A DNA stretch of 64,000 bases from Azolla caroliniana. Taxonomy: Eukaryota > Plantae > Polypodiophyta. The stretch covers positions 2,170,001 through 2,234,000 of the forward strand of contig JBHGNT010000022.1 in NCBI GenBank assembly GCA_043228905.1, given 5' to 3'. Position numbers and translations under genes: made by a program. This document shows, in pieces, positions 62,402 to 64,000 of the stretch. The number at the start of each line of letters is the position of its first letter. Positions within the stretch are counted from its first letter, which is position 1. Below the pieces are notes generated by a model. That model ran no database searches, was not told where the DNA came from, and saw only the letters and a list, made by a program, of their open reading frames with translations.

Positions 62402-64000
62402 CCTCTTGCATGTATAGTAATCATACAGAGTGTACATTTCTAACCTCTCATAGAGCAAATACACCCTAGGCATAATCGTCTATTATTTATCTTTTTGTGT
62501 CCCTCAAGCAAAAATGATGAGGCAATAATGGATTGTTTAGTAATATTTAAGAGCTATGAGCAAGCTATAGCATTTGAGTTTGAACTCTTGTACATTCTCC
62601 ATTCATATGTGGTTATATTGCTCAATATAAGTTCCTAATACCTATTAAAGGATTGCATTGCAACAAAGCAATTATATTTCTGAGCATAAAATAGTTTCAC
62701 ATTTAAGTTTACAAAGACAAAAATGTACATTGGAATTTAAATTTTGAATAGGAAAGGTACAGATTGTAAATCTACTTGGAGAAAATTGGCTTGTCATCTC
62801 CATGGTAGATTCAATACTGTTCTAGAAGCTTGTAAATGGATCAATTCTTTATCTGATTTAAACAGAAGATTCTAGAATGTTTTAATCTTCTCTCAAAAGG
62901 TTAACACAACTGGTATTTACTATTAAGCACTAGTTATGATATAAGCTATTCATGCAAAGTGTTATTTTTGCCAACATCATGGCCAATATCAATTGTGCTG
63001 CTCATGAAAGCCAAGTAGTCTTGAGCATCATTTCCTATCTTGGTTCTCTTATCACCCATCTAGTCATTTATGAATAATATCTGGTTATATGAAAAGTTAC
63101 ATTCTCTTTTGTATGTATCATTGCGTTGGGTACAAGTTGTGTAAATAAGTCCTTGCAATCAACCAAGCTTCGGACATTGTACATTGAGTATAATTGTGTT
63201 ATATAATAGTTTGGATAGGTTCAAATGAATCGGTCGCAAAATGGTTTGTAAAGACTTGAACATTAGAATATATTTGTAGAATTCATAAAACAAATGAAGT
63301 TACTTATTTGGATGCAACATATTATTATCTAGACGATGCATCATGAGATGGCCCTCAAACATTTTCACAAGTAGTACATGGGGATTAATTGTTTTCCATA
63401 ATGGTTAGTATAGCTTTGCTAGTACATAACCCAAATGTTGATGTCCTGCTCTCCTCTATTTGAACATGTAAGGGCAGTGCATATCGTTCTACACCATTTA
63501 CGTCTCTTTGTTCTCTTTGTCAACCCAGACCAAGGAACATGCATCTAATAAATTGAATGGTAGATGTTTTATAATAGTTCAATGTTGGAATATATGTTAT
63601 CAGTTGGGATTCTAACGTATGTGATAGCCACGAAAATAAGTTTGTGTGCACTATGGTAGGATGGCAATGCTGAAGGTGGAAGTGTACAATGCACAAGTGG
63701 AAAATGGCTTTTTTCTTTAGTACATGTTTGCATTAAATTAAAAATGCTAAGCAACAAGGAAAATGAGAAACAAAACATCAAACTGGAAGAAGAGTTGAGT
63801 TGGAACTTGAGTGGGAACAATCCCACATTTTGTAATCTTGATAATGTTGTTTAAACCTTGTTGTGGGCATTTAAACTGGGGTTAGAAGGAAAAATTGACA
63901 TTGAAGTGTAATAATATATTGTTATGATTGACACTTTGAGCTTGATGCACATTTATGTCACAACCTAGTCTTTTTCCCTATCACTCTCATAATAAATAAG

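Overview
Land-plant nuclear DNA; the retroelement types suggest a non-seed plant such as a fern or lycophyte, but this is inference. Bases 1-52.8 kb are a deeply nested retrotransposon pile. It holds several tRNA-iMet-primed Ty1/copia elements (one family lacking RT/RNase H), a Tork/Tnt1-like copia, L1 LINE fragments, chromovirus-like Ty3/gypsy fragments and solo LTRs. It also holds a tRNA-Trp-primed Ty3/gypsy group with 4-bp TSDs: one decayed gag-pol element (29651-36001) and four non-autonomous relatives that keep only a Gag fragment fused to a long acidic repeat tail. The gag-pol element has a G_GAU_UUU slippery site and a predicted pseudoknot placed after the protease. From about 53 kb the sequence is AT-rich and contains a hAT-type MITE and one intact 4-exon ZIP2/ZIP11-type metal transporter gene (60789-62401) with a GTAC cluster upstream. 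Most ORFs in the supplied track are TE fragments or antisense shadows.
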